NCBI GenBank assembly: GCA_012295275.1
Contig: CM022665.1
Location: forward strand, 40,176,001 to 40,240,000
Length of the DNA: 64,000 nt
Direction of reading: 5' to 3'
DNA from: Chrysomallon squamiferum
Lineage: Eukaryota > Animalia > Mollusca
Position 1 is the stretch's first letter; the number at the start of each line of letters is the position of its first letter. The translations under genes were made by a program, and so were the position numbers. Under the pieces are notes generated by a model. It did no database searches. It was not told where the DNA came from and saw only the letters and a list, made by a program, of their open reading frames with translations. Of this stretch, positions 1-12,266 are shown piece by piece.

Positions 1-1510
1 CAGCCACATTTATCCCATCAACCAATATGGCCATCAGGCAATTCAGTATATCAATGTCCAGACGAGACCGCCAGTCTGACTTAATTCGGGCCATTCGGGA
101 CTTAACCCTCTCTCACAGATTGCACTAGAGACTGGAATGCATAAGATGATCTCAACAAGCATGAGGACATTTTTCAGAGAATCCTTAAAGGTCTGGTTTG
201 TAAACAGTCTATTAAAGAAGTCAGCACACACTGATGGTTCTGGGTTGTCTGTTCATGTGAACCTTCAGTGCAGACCATTCTGCTTCTTTAATGTGATCAA
301 CGTCACAGCCCATTCTCTCCAGTACAACTGAATAATAGTGGCACAGTTCATTTAAACTTTTTTCTCCATACACTGCTCTCTCTGCCCCAGTTTGTGGAAG
401 ATTGACTGGATAGAAAATTTGCATGTGCCTCAAGAGACGATCAGACTCTATGTCACCAGCTCTACTACTAATGTGGTTGATAACCAAGTCAATAAGAGCA
501 TTCTGCTTAGTTAGGAACTGTTCCTGTGTCTATGTTGGGGAATGGAATTGAACATTCTTAAACTTATGGTCTTTTGTGACAATGTCCAGAAAATTCTGCA
601 AGTTAACACCTGGCCACTGGTGTAGAGCTGAGAGTCTTAAACATGCAGTCTCCAGGGCCTCATTTGCTAATACATCCTTCAAGAAGTGCATGTAGTTCAA
701 AACATTATAGTCCTTCTGGTGTCTAAGAATAAGTAGTGCTCTAGCTTGAACATCAACAGTCCTTGACTTCCCCTTGAATGTGGTTTCAAAATGTGCCACG
801 AATGTAGAGTACTGACTCAAAAGGACATCAAGACATCAGCTTTGATGTGGCATCCACCTTGTTCCAAACAGACAAGTTTGACCATCTTGTCTTCCATGGG
901 CTCTGACAACTTTAGTTGTCTCAGTGCCATAGCACTGTACTGGTAGTATTTATGTAAAGTAATTAGTACAGACTTGAGATCATCAAACATATTACCATCC
1001 TTTTGCTTCATTGCATCTATGGTCCCGAGTTCAAGTCTGTTGCTAACACAATGCATTGCAAACAAGTGAGGTACCTGGTCTTTGAGCAACTTAGCCATTA
1101 TAAATGTATTCCATAAAATGTCTACAGGCTTGGTCAGTATGGTACCTTTGATTTTCATTTAGCCTTCGAATAACAACATCCATAGGACCAATTACAGCCG
1201 GCTGACAAGCTGGAACCCCACTAGGACCAGAGTCTGACTCCAAGTAAGAACATTCTGAAACAACTGTGCCACGTTTGATGTCAAACATTTTATTTTTTTG
1301 TTTGTTTATGTGACGTGGATGCAGAGTGGCTTTTTATAGCATCAATTCTAAAATTATTTGTATCCTCGACAAATCTCCCTACAGTTTCTTATTTTCTGTA
1401 TGGGATGCAGAACATGATATCGCTTTCTTAGTCAAGCCACAAGAACTCGTCTTTCCATTTCTGCCAGAACTGTCGTTTTCGCTTTTCTTTTTCATATTTT
1501 TATTTATATT
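1..1510 (-). mobile_element. Decayed hAT-superfamily DNA transposon (ZNF862/C17orf113-like transposase pseudogene) inside a GTF2E1 intron, same strand; continues past window start
   Basis: Minus-strand fragments lie in the correct domain order. N-terminal TTF-type zinc-finger remnant at ~1500-1305 (KRKRQFWQKWKDEFLWLD*ESDIMFCIPYRK*...FVEDTNNFRIDAIKSHSASTSH), then YHTDQACRHFMEYI (~1140-1100), HLFAMHCVSNRLEL (CxxH-type hAT motif, ORF 817-1158), ORFs 530-820 and 221-487, and a hAT C-terminal dimerisation motif LVEIILCIPVSSAICERG (ORF 43-231). Several stops and frameshifts. The 5' non-coding part probably extends to ~2090. Confidence 0.85.
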
Positions 1511-2414
1511 TTTATTTAGATTCTGCCTTACGCTTTCTTTGTCAGATGAAAACACGTATTTATGTGGTCCATGTTGTCTGCTCGATTACGACCGTAAACA
1601 GTCCGAAAACGGAATCAATTGTTCGTATATTTGAACACATCGGAAAATATTTATTCAGAGAACGTACACAATTGTATGCTTTGCATTTTATTGCCTTATT
1701 CGATTTATTGGACCAAAACAAACAAAAAATATTATAGTATTTACGACATAGATTTATACGTAGGAAATTTAGCACGCATATCTTCTTTATTCAACAAATC
1801 CCGGACGATTTCCGGCTAGACTGAACACCTCTTTAGTCCCACTACATGGGCGGGAAAAGTAAAAACGGTGGGATAGATCTTACAGGACGAGCATGAGGGC
1901 CAGATTATGAAATGAGAACAAAAAACAGTAAAAGCCAGTTCTGTTCGTGATAGCAAGAAGTTAGCGTGGTTCAGTTCCCCCGCGGATGTAATTGAGACAT
2001 GATTGAAATAACGATCGTTATAGTTTGCATATTTTGAATTGAGAGAAGCAAGCACTGAAGCAGACATTCAAAATTCGGATGATGGCACTATTTCAGTGGA
2101 TAAAGAAATGCTTTTTGTTGTGTAAAATGCAAACATGGTATATTGTCCATAAAAGCTAAGGATAAACTTGAAAAAAAAAAAAAAAAAAAAAAAAATCAAA
2201 AGTGGTATTTAGTGGTATTTCAAAGGAAGGATTAGGTTGTGAATAAAGTGTACTGAGCCTAACTACTATATTATCCCACAAAATCACTAAACCGGTATGC
2301 TGCACAGCCCCAGTGATGCCAGGTTACAGATTAGTGATGGTCAACCTGTTTTTTTGGATAGGCAAACCCACATGGTTCTCCATAAATATTTACTAAATTT
2401 GTAAGTACTCTCAC

Positions 2415-3804
2415 CATCGTCTGAACTTCATTTACAGCTCCGTCTACTGTACTAGTTGTCATCCAGTCTGGCGCAATCTTTTTCTTTACAGCAGTTTGCT
2501 GACTTTCGTCTTCTCCCACTGTAACTGTCATCTGGTTTTCACTGTAGCCAAAAGCTGTTTTTCTAGAGGCTTCTCCACTCCATGTCTTCCTGTTGGAGTC
2601 ATGGTCTGACATCTTATTACTATTATTTCTACAAAAACAATTTTTACAGTTTAGTAATAAAAAAAAAAAAAAAAAAAATAATAATAATAATTTCTGAGTT
2701 CAAGTAAGTTAACTGAAAAGTTGTTATTTTAAAATGAAGAACAATATTAACATACAAAAATAAAAATAATAAACAGTAATTCTAAATCAAATAAACCAGT
2801 ACTATTGTATATGGCCAGGTATAAAATGCTTATATGACAGGTTATTTTAAAAAATGAATAATGAATAATCATAAATATCTCAAATATCATTCACTCTATG
2901 CGAATAATTTTAAAAAAAAAGGTGCTTATTTTTGCACAGTTTACAAGACCTTTGAACCTGAATCAACTACACAGTCTGATAATTATTACTATTATTAATT
3001 CATTATTGTTTAATATTATTGTTACTTTAAACAATTAACCAAAAAAGTAAAACATTTCATTTATGACACAAATATTTTCTTTTCTCTCTTTCTTGCTGGA
3101 AGAACACACAGTTCTTAATCTTAGAATGAAAATTTTAAATTCACAAACCTTGGTTGCAAGATTTTAGAAAGATCCAATGGTTCGGGTTCAAGAATTTCAG
3201 GAGAAAGTTTTATATCTTCACAGCTTCTAAGAAGTTCATATATAGGTTGTATCTGTTCATTAAATTTTGCCATTAATGTTCTTGCGTCTTGACTAGGCAA
3301 GGAACTTTCATCTTCCTCAACCTCTTCCTCACATATTGTACACCGTAACTGACCAGTCATTGGGTCAATCATCTGACCGACCTCAAGGTCGGTGAAGGTT
3401 TTTTCACATTTGGGATTTGTGCACTTGAATGAAGCACGACTTGTGTTATCTCTCTCTTCCATCTCAATCTTTCGTCTCATGTGGTCCAGCTTGTACTTAA
3501 CAATGTTCACAAACACACTGTAATTAATGAAGTAATAATTGTGTCTTGTGCATTTTCCTTCTGAATCAGTTTCCACACGCATTCGTGCTTTGAGGATTTT
3601 ATCAGCTTTCAGTGAATTGATGACTGAACGTAGCTGTTTTCGCTCAAATTTCAGCAGCTCTATCATGTCGTCCTCCTTGATGCAAGGGTTACGGACAAGC
3701 ATGTCTATCACCACTGCTGTTTCTTGAGAGTAAAATCCTCGCACTATGAGTCTGGCCAGTCGAGTTAATGATTCTGGAACCTCAGTGAGAACTTCAGTAT
3801 CCAT
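2415..3804 (-). CDS. GTF2E1: General transcription factor IIE subunit 1 (TFIIE-alpha); first two coding exons, rest lies left of the window
   Basis: Exon 3804-3149 encodes [25 protein letters not shown]...[25 protein letters not shown]...[13 protein letters not shown]...C..C, i.e. the TFIIE-alpha winged helix and zinc ribbon; GT donor at 3148, phase 2. Exon 2628-2415 (AG at 2630-2629) joins in frame: [23 protein letters not shown]...PDWMTTSTV...QTM; donor GTGAG at 2414. Confidence 0.95.
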
Positions 3805-4435
3805 GCTTGTTAGACAGTAACAGTACTAAAACTAAAAGAGAAACCTCAATAGTACCTGCTTCAGAGTTCTTTAGTTACAATCATCCACTTGCTTCATCTA
3901 CCAGTAGTAGTATTTAATAGAGAAGTCTAATGTTATAAATTTATTTTAAGGTAATCTTCAGGATTATCTTATATTAATACTATACTAGCAATAATAACTA
4001 TTTATTTTTAAAAACTTAAAATCATCAAACATTGAACACATCAGTATTAGTAAAACTATCTAAAGAAATTTAATAATCAAAATATTAATTTAATTATGAT
4101 TTGGAACAAAAAATTAAATGTTAAAATTATATAATACTGGGTATTATTAGAATGAACTGAATGCAGGCATAAAACAAATGGTCACAGGTTGTCATCATAT
4201 TTTACTGCCTCTAAAAAAGCCACCATTTGTTAATCATACTTTTTTCTACTTTATTTTCTTTTTAAACTCATAATTATTAATAATAATACATGTAGAATTA
4301 TGGCATTGATATTCAAAAATAAAATAAAATAAAATTATAATAAAAAATACATTAATACTGATATAATAAATAAGAAGATTAATAATAATAATAATAATAA
4401 ACTATCCAAAATACAATATTCTATGATTATTATTA

Positions 4436-4753
4436 TTATTCAGTATATGTGCACAAGTGTATTGGCAATAACCTTGTATTAATAAACACATAATGTAAAC
4501 AATACATAACTATTTCATACTTACGAAGTTTAACATTTACTTGAATTGAGTAAAATGAACATAGTAAATATACTCATTTAGAATTTTATTTATTCAATAT
4601 ATGTGCATGTGTGTTGGTCTGTGTATTGGCAATGATAACCTTTTATTAATAAACACTCATGATACTGTAAACAATACATAACTATTTCATACTTTTGAAG
4701 TTAATATTTACTTTAATTAAGTAAAATGAAAAATAAACAGTAAATATACTCAT
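4436..4753. repeat. Local tandem duplication (~140-165 bp, two diverged copies) in GTF2E1 intron 1
   Basis: Copies at ~4436-4577 and ~4591-4753 share GTGTATTGGCAAT, TATTAATAAACAC, TGTAAACAATACATAACTATTTCATACTT and GTAAAATGAA...AGTAAATATACTCAT. Confidence 0.85.
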
Positions 4754-5168
4754 AAAAAATTAAAAAATAACCATTTTAAAAATTGTTTATAAATTATTAA
4801 ATATCAGTAAGATAATTATAATAACTTAACTGGAATTTTAATTTTAAAAATATTCATGTCACATAAAATATAATGAATGGATTATTCATCTACATTAAAT
4901 TATATTACTAAAGCGTTTGCTTGATTAAGTACAATATTTCTGAATTTAATAAATAACGACAATACCGCTACATCGAAATAATAATACCCCAGATTATAAA
5001 TCGTATTATTTATTTTTATTTTTTTCGAATCATGAACTTGTTAGCATTTTAATTCACTACACATTTCGAATAACAGTAATTTATGACGTTTGCTGCTTTA
5101 AAAAAGAAATAAATAACAGAAATATCTGAAAACATTAAAATAGTTTTACAAAATATCGACCTATTTAC

Positions 5169-5225
5169 CTTTTAGCGTTCTTTGGAGTTGTCTGCCTTGT
5201 CTGTTGTCCCAATTTTTTTAAGGGT
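5169..5225 (-). other. GTF2E1: Probable non-coding first exon of GTF2E1 (5' end approximate)
   Basis: Minus-strand AAAG|GTAAAT donor at 5168 in a CpG-richer island. A matching acceptor TTTCTCTTTTAG at 3833-3832 lies 27 nt upstream of the ATG. Confidence 0.6.
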
Positions 5226-5952
5226 CCAACCATAAACGTAGTCTAGTGGGGAAGAGGGTTAACAAAATAAAATAAAACAAAAATTACACGCGGAAAGTGA
5301 TTTTATACCATCCCGCTCAGTGTAATTTCTTTATACCAAAACGTGTTTTATCTTGACAATAATAAATAACGGATCTGCAGGTTTGTCAAATACTGTAAGC
5401 GTCTAATATGTTATGAAATACCTCAGATATGCCAGACATTTACAGTATAAGAATAGTGTTTCAAGTGAAAACGGCCCGGGCAGCAGGTCGAAATCGCATG
5501 CCACCTAATAAAGTAATTTTAATAATAATATACAGAGAACGGTCGACATCACTGCCTGGAATCGACGTATTATCTTCGTGAGAGTGCATACATTGTTGAG
5601 TTTGTAAATTAATGGATTTACGTACTTAGTGTCTGTTATTTATTTATTTATAATTATTTATAGTGCTGATAATAATAATAATTTTTAAATGTTTTTATTA
5701 TTTTAAATGAACGGATAAAAAAGAAAAAATTAAGGAAAACACAATAAATAAATAAATTTTGTGTGTGTGGTTTTTTTTGTTTTTTTGTTTTTTGTTTGCT
5801 TAGTATTTTAAGATAGGAGAAAAAAATAAATAAATAAATAAATGATTCCCAATGAATCCGAAAATGGACGAGAAGCTCCGAACTGTTCCGGTTATCACGT
5901 CACATCAAAGCGCAGTAGTTGACGTCAATTTGACAGGTGGTTTTTCGCAACA
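5225..5952. promoter_or_regulatory. Putative bidirectional promoter between GTF2E1 and an orphan plus-strand exon
   Basis: CpG-enriched relative to the flanks. Perfect palindrome TTGACGTCAA (CRE/ATF) at 5919-5928, TCACGTCA at ~5895, YY1-like AAAATGGACG at 5861. Confidence 0.55.
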
Positions 5953-6020
5953 ATGTCTCTGTCGCTATTAGGATCAGCAGTACATTCAAAAATCCGTCGT
6001 TCCTCTTATTTCCGAATGAG
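5953..6020 (+). CDS. Orphan candidate first coding exon, MSLSLLGSAVHSKIRRSSYFRM(S/R); parent transcript uncertain
   Basis: CAACAATG start context, 22 open codons plus 2 nt, then a consensus donor AG|GTAAGT at 6021. Confidence 0.4.
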
Positions 6021-7957
6021 GTAAGTTCTAAAATTGAAAACTCCATTAATTTCCTTGTTATCAACATTTAATGGCAATAATTATGACTTAATCTTGGGGC
6101 ATCATTGTATGGTGTTAAATGTAGAATGAAATCGTTATTGGACTAGAGTGTGTAATAGTTAATTGTTGCATTATGTAAAATATAAAATGAATTGCTTTGA
6201 TATTATTTTATTATTATATTTTTGGGGAAATAAGATTTATTATAAATGGTGCATTGTGAACGCTTGTTTATCCATAATGGACGCTTCCTCTATTTCGAGC
6301 CTCGTTTTAATTAATTCGCCTGAAAGTTCTGTTTTCGTCAATGTCTATACTTATTAAATGATGCCTGAATGGTATTATTTATTTATAATATCAGACCTAA
6401 GTCGTGGTGCTAAGATTAATCAATATATTTTTATCCTTTAAATTTTATTTTATTTCTTGTGTGCACAATAATAGTAGTAGTAGTAGTAATAGTAATGTTA
6501 TTATCGTGTAGCAGTTTTAAATAATACACCACCAACATACTACATAGGTGTTTACTGATGTAGCAATTTCCTGACTGTTTTTAAATTTTTATTTTTTATT
6601 TTTATTACTTAAACAATATTGTTTTTGTGTAACAAGGTTACTGTTTTGACCTAAATTTAAAGAATGACACACCTTTGTAAGTCATGAAATGCCCGTATCT
6701 AGTGTAGTTTATTTGTAAACAAAAATTAAATAATTACAAACAAAATGTACATGCATGATAAACACCAGTTATCTATTTTAAGATTATTTGAATTCATCTG
6801 GCCATATTACACATTTTGACAAAAGACAACATTTAATCTTTACCTTTTTAATTTACATCAGAATTAATTTCGTATTAAAATTACAACTGTAATAAAACAT
6901 TATAACTTGTATGTTTTAAATACATTTCAATTCATGAAACAAACAATTAAAATAAATAAATGAAAAAATAAAATAATAACAATATTGAAGAAATACGTGT
7001 ATGTATAATTTAAATTTTTTTTTTTCGTTTTTTTTGTTTTGTTTTCCTATTAACATACGGAAAATAACACTGTATTATGGCATTTAGTACAAAACCATAA
7101 ATTAAACAGGATATTTAATTTAATAATGGTGAATTATTCTGCAAGCTTACCAGTGAATTGCATATGTATTCTTTGAGTAATACAATATCTGAACATCTGC
7201 AGTAATTAAATATAGGACTGTCTAATCTACAACATAAATTCCATCACTCTTACTTTAACAGAAGATAATGACTATTTTCTGGAATATTCCTTCATATTGT
7301 AAGAAAAGTACTTGAAAAAAAGTTTAAAATGTCACATGAATATTTCGGAATTTTATTTTATTCATATTGTTCCACTAAATGACTAATACTTATTTTTTGG
7401 GGCTTATAAATAAAGGGAATGAAAAAAAAAAAAAAAAAGGACAAAATGAAAGGAACTGATTAATTATAATTAAAAGATGAAACAAAGCCCCTCTATTCAG
7501 AATCACAAAGCTCATATGATAATTACTGCGATAATAATGATAGTAACAAGAAGAAGAAGAAAAATGAGATTGTGAAACCAAAGAAAAACCTAAAACATAT
7601 TCCAATTCTTGATTTATTTTCCTTCTACTTGCAGGTGAACTCTGCAATATAAGTTTGTAAATAACAGAATATTATTCTAATTCTTTAAAAACTGAACAAA
7701 CAATTTTTAATAAGTTCAATAACATTTTGTATTTATTTACATATATTTACTAAACATCAATATGATGCACAACAATGTTAAAATTATCCATTCACAATCA
7801 AAGATTCTGAAAGTGGATCAGCCCTTCATGCTTTTCTTTGGAAAAATGAAAATTTCTAGCTGAAGAAAGACTAAAAATTTATGTAACTCATAAACATTGA
7901 TGCTGCTTCAGAGCAGTTGGGATTGCTGCAATTAGTTTTTAATATTTTCAATTTCTA

Positions 7958-10900
7958 TTAACTGGAGTCAGTTTTAGTTTCAGATTGTGTGTTTGTGTCT
8001 TCAGATTTCTCACAGGGTTTCTTCTCTGTTTTATTATCACTGGACTGAAAAAAAAAAAAATCAAATAAAAAAGAGAAGTATTTCTAAGCATTTTTATTTA
8101 GCATATTCTTTGAATTAAAAAGAAATATAAAAGTTAAACAACGAAGAGTAATAATAAAATAAAAATAGTTTGAAAACACACGGAAACATCTGTTTAAAGA
8201 TTTAAAAATGAAAATAAAATTTAAGTCATATGTAAATAATTTCTTTATTTAAGAAAATATTCTTATTTATTAAAAAAATATACAAATTTCAGCTATAATT
8301 TGTAACTAACAAGCAATTTGAATTTTTTTTTTACAGAAATTACTGTGTGTAGTGGTAGGCTTTAAATAACTTTAATGTTTGTGTTACTAAAAGATTCAAA
8401 CTTAATTTTTTTTTAATTATACATCTGTTATTTGATATTTCAAGACTGTAGACATCACTAATGAAAATGATATATATTTTGTTACAGCTGATTTATACAT
8501 TATCCAGATAGATGTTGAATATTTGACTTACTTTAGTAGGGTTACTGTCTAAAGGAATTGTAACAGGCCCATCATTTTGGATATTTACTTGCATATATGC
8601 TCCAAATTCACCATCTAAACATAGAAATAAATAATATTTTATCATTAAGTCTTATTTCAGGATTATTTCTGCCATGAAATCTTTTTTCTTTTCTGTGGGT
8701 GGATCAAGTAGATTATATAGGTTTTCATTTATTATTATTTATATGAAAACAGCAACAACCACAGTATTAATCTGTAATTATTATCATTGCTAAATTATTC
8801 CACTGATTATTATTATTTGAGTAATAAATACTTTTTTTTTCAACTGCTGATTGTTAATGCTCTTATTTTACAGAACTTTATAACATGATCATTAAATTTT
8901 TGAATTAATTTTGAAATAATATGACTGACTGAAATACTGATGTACATAAGTACATAATTAATGATATAAGCATTTACAAGTATTGATTTAAAATAAATGA
9001 AAAATCACATAGAATCATTTACATTTCAATCTTTAAGATTGTCTGACCTTTAATTTTCCCAGGTTCATAAGCTGCTCTTAACTGTTTCAAAAATTCACCG
9101 TACATCTGTTGTGATAAATCTGGCCCCATAGACTCATGAAAATCTGGCTTGTTACCTTTGAGTGTTACATTTAGAGTAAACTTGAATGATAAAAAAATAA
9201 ACAGCAGAAGAGAAAATTACAGAAGAAACAATTGTAGTTTAATAAATAAGCGTTTGGAAATAACTAAGAAAGGGAGAAGAAGGGAGAATAGTAGAGGACA
9301 GAGAGAGACACAGACAGACACAGAGTCATTGTGAGCAAGTGAGTCACTAAGATAAAAATAATGAATTACAACCATTGAAATATGGTGATAATATTAAAAA
9401 AAGACCCAAAACAATGGGGTAAATAGTTATAAAATAAAAGGCTAACAGATTTGTTTGCATTTTTCAGTGAAAATGTAAAGTAAAATTAATCACAATATGT
9501 TTACTGATCTAAATTATTTTACCTCATCTATCATACGTTTGATCTGTAAAATATGTAATTCTTTCAATTCTGTTTTCTGTATTTCATACCATCTTTTCTT
9601 TTTTTTCTTTTTTGTGGGGGGAGTGATTAATATTTACATTGTTTCATAATATATTACTTTTAACACAATAAATATGTGCTCATGTACCTGGCTCACACAT
9701 AATATTTCATAATTTTTCTCCATCACATTTTTCATCCATCTCTTTCCTTGATCATCTTCAAATACTCTAAGTTTTAATATTTTGCGGACCCTGATGAATA
9801 AATATGAAACATATGAATAATTTTGTTCAAATACATTAATAATATATATTCCAATTTAATTAAAATATTTAATTCGTAAGGGTCAATATGAATATTTGCA
9901 GAAGTCATATAGATCTTATAGTTAATGACATATATATATATTGTGAAACACAAAGTATTTGTTTGTAATGATAATTTCTGAGAAAAAAAATTTGCTATCA
10001 ATAGTTCTTGATCTGCTTTTATTGATCAGCAAAAAAAAAAATCTTTAAAAAAATCTTTTGTAAAAATAAAAGCAAATTGCTCAGCATATATAACAGGGAA
10101 AAAATCCAATATTAAAGATCTTGAAACTGGAAAATACTAAAAAGTTCCATATTTACCACCACTAATAATGATAATAATGATGATGATGATGATGATAAAA
10201 ACAAAAGAAAATAAATATTTATATTTTACTCAGAAAAATATGAATATTTACATATAATCCATATCTTTGGGTGTATCATGTTTTGAAATACCAAGAAGTA
10301 CACACAGACCTCTTCCCACTGAACCCACAACTTCATCTCCCACTGCAAACAAAGAAAAAAATTAATGAACAAATGTTTAAAATATATCTCATTTCATCTT
10401 ACTATTTAACATGTCTTAGATATGTTTCACTTACATATATACAAAATAAACCCTTTGTAAATCGAAATTCCCTCAAAACCAAACATATTTCTTGCTTCTG
10501 TGATTTACATAGATTTAACCACTGAAAACTGAGAACCCCTTTACTCTGAATACTGAACACACTATCCAATGTGATTTTTTTTAATACAAATTTTACCTCT
10601 GAAAACTGAACAAACAAAAATATGACTAGTACACTGAATGTCTAGACCATACCATTCATCTGTCAAAATTGCAGAGGTACAGGTTGTAAAAGAAAAGTAA
10701 CAAGTGGTTGCTCAGTGTAGCATTTCCGGGTTGTGTTTGGTCTTCTGTGGATCAGTTCTCTAACTGGTCTTATAGTTGAATTTGTTTATTCCTTGAAATG
10801 CTTTTGTCATTCAGTTAACTTTTAGTTTGTAACAGAAATAAACATATATATGCTGTACTTGTTAGGAATGAGATTGGTATGCCTATATCTTCCCAATAAA

Positions 10901-11135
10901 TTTGTTGCTATTTGTTCCTCGAGTTTATGTAAATAACTGGCAAAGCAGCCACAAATTAAACATTTTTTAATCGTTTCTTTACCACAATGTTTATTTATCA
11001 ACAATGGAATTCTGAGTTTGCTGTGAATGATTGCTAAAACATGTCATCGGTAAACCAAAAAAATGATATAGTCCCAGGTTTTTTGCTTTATAGGCGTTTC
11101 ATTGTATAGATGTGCCTCCGTGCACATGTACACAT

Positions 11136-11175
<40 letters not shown>

Positions 11176-11609
11176 CACTCACATATCATTACTCCATATA
11201 TTGTCTCTAAGTTAGCAGCAAGAGTGATTTTATTATTTATTTTTAATTTATTTATGTATCTTTATTTTTTTTTGTTTGTGTATGTGTGTTTACCTTCTCA
11301 CATACACCAACACCTTTAACAAATGTACTATGGCCTTTTAAAAACAGTTGAACTGTTTATTTTAAATTGATTTTATTTATTGTTGTATATAATTATAATG
11401 ATGTAATCGTGTGTGTGTGTGTGTGTGCGTAAATATTCAAATGGCAACTGTTGAACTGGTTCCGCACAACACGATCACAATGTTAATGGTTATAATAAAT
11501 TATAATTTATTAAACGTTTCTTTTTAAAGGCAAATTAAAACTATAATTTTGTGTAAAACATATAACCTGTCACACTTGCTTGCATAACCCGCTGAACAAT
11601 GGCTTTCAT
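7958..11609 (-). CDS. DTD1: D-aminoacyl-tRNA deacylase 1 (D-Tyr-tRNA deacylase), complete, 6 coding exons, 179 aa
   Basis: Exons: 11609-11567 (MKAIVQRVMQASVT), 10342-10252 (VGDEVVGSVGRGLCVLLGISKHDTPKDMDY), 9790-9688 (MVRKILKLRVFEDDQGKRWMKNVMEKNYEILCVSQ), 9180-9048 (FTLNVTLKGNKPDFHESMG...KIK), 8614-8532 (DGEFGAYMQVNIQNDGPVTIPLDSNPTK) and 8044-7958 (SSDNKTEKK...TDSS*). All introns are GT-AG with compatible phases, total 540 nt. The SQFTL and NDGP (Gly-cisPro) signature motifs are intact. The last exon is less certain than the others. Confidence 0.95.
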
Positions 11610-11760
11610 TTTGTAGAAAGGTGTTTTTCGTTTTTCGTTCTTTTTCACGTTTTCAATCAAGGTAGACAACTTAAATGAATTTTGTTAGTAATCAAACGGA
11701 ACCGGAAGTTTAAATGTATTACGTATTGACATGGTTGCCAGGAAACCAGAACAAGAACAA
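11610..11760. promoter_or_regulatory. DTD1/CFAP70 bidirectional promoter with RFX X-box and ETS site
   Basis: GTTGCCAGGAAAC at 11734-11746 matches the RFX X-box typical of ciliary genes. ACCGGAAGT at 11701-11709 is an ETS/GABP consensus. The region lies between the DTD1 ATG and a CFAP70 non-coding exon. Confidence 0.75.
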
Positions 11761-11852
11761 GTTATTAGTTGTTGATTGTGTATTGAGCGAGCTTTCCTTA
11801 TTTTATTTTTATACTTTATTTTTAACAGCAGTTTTAACCTCTCATACTACAG
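11750..11852 (+). other. CFAP70: Probable non-coding first exon of CFAP70 (5' end approximate)
   Basis: Immediately follows the X-box. Donor CAG|GTATAT at 11853; next acceptor at 12259 just before the ATG at 12267. Confidence 0.55.
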
Positions 11853-12197
11853 GTATATGTTTTCCGATTGCAAACGTGTTTTTTCATTGCTTTAAATTTA
11901 GTGCATTCGTTATTTTTTGTGTGTTTTCAAATAGAAATAAATTATAAGGTGCATTGCTTCGTTGTCGACAGTAACCTATTCCCGATACCTAACTATAATT
12001 AAGATCATGCATAATTATTTCAGTATAGACAAGGGCAAAACAACAAACAAAAAGAAATGTTAAATTTGGCAAGATTTGATTTGAATATTTACTGTTAATA
12101 ATAATAATAATAACATTGTAAAATATACCCTTTTACGTCTTTTAATTATATAACAGACTATGTACGATCATAAAACAGGATTCCTAATTTATTATTA

Positions 12198-12256
<59 letters not shown>

Positions 12257-12266
12257 TAGTCGCAGT

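Noticed and set aside
1816-2067. 83-aa minus-strand ORF
   Set aside because: No motif; lies in the presumed non-coding subterminal region of the hAT element.
7800-8044. Stop-interrupted minus-strand exon, at first taken for a pseudogene
   Set aside because: It is the normal terminal exon and 3'UTR of DTD1; the stop at 7960-7958 is the true stop.
10690-10790. tRNA-like A-box (GTGGTTGCTCAGTG), also at ~41400-41425 on the minus strand
   Set aside because: No cloverleaf or intact B-box; at most decayed SINE heads, so no tRNA was called.
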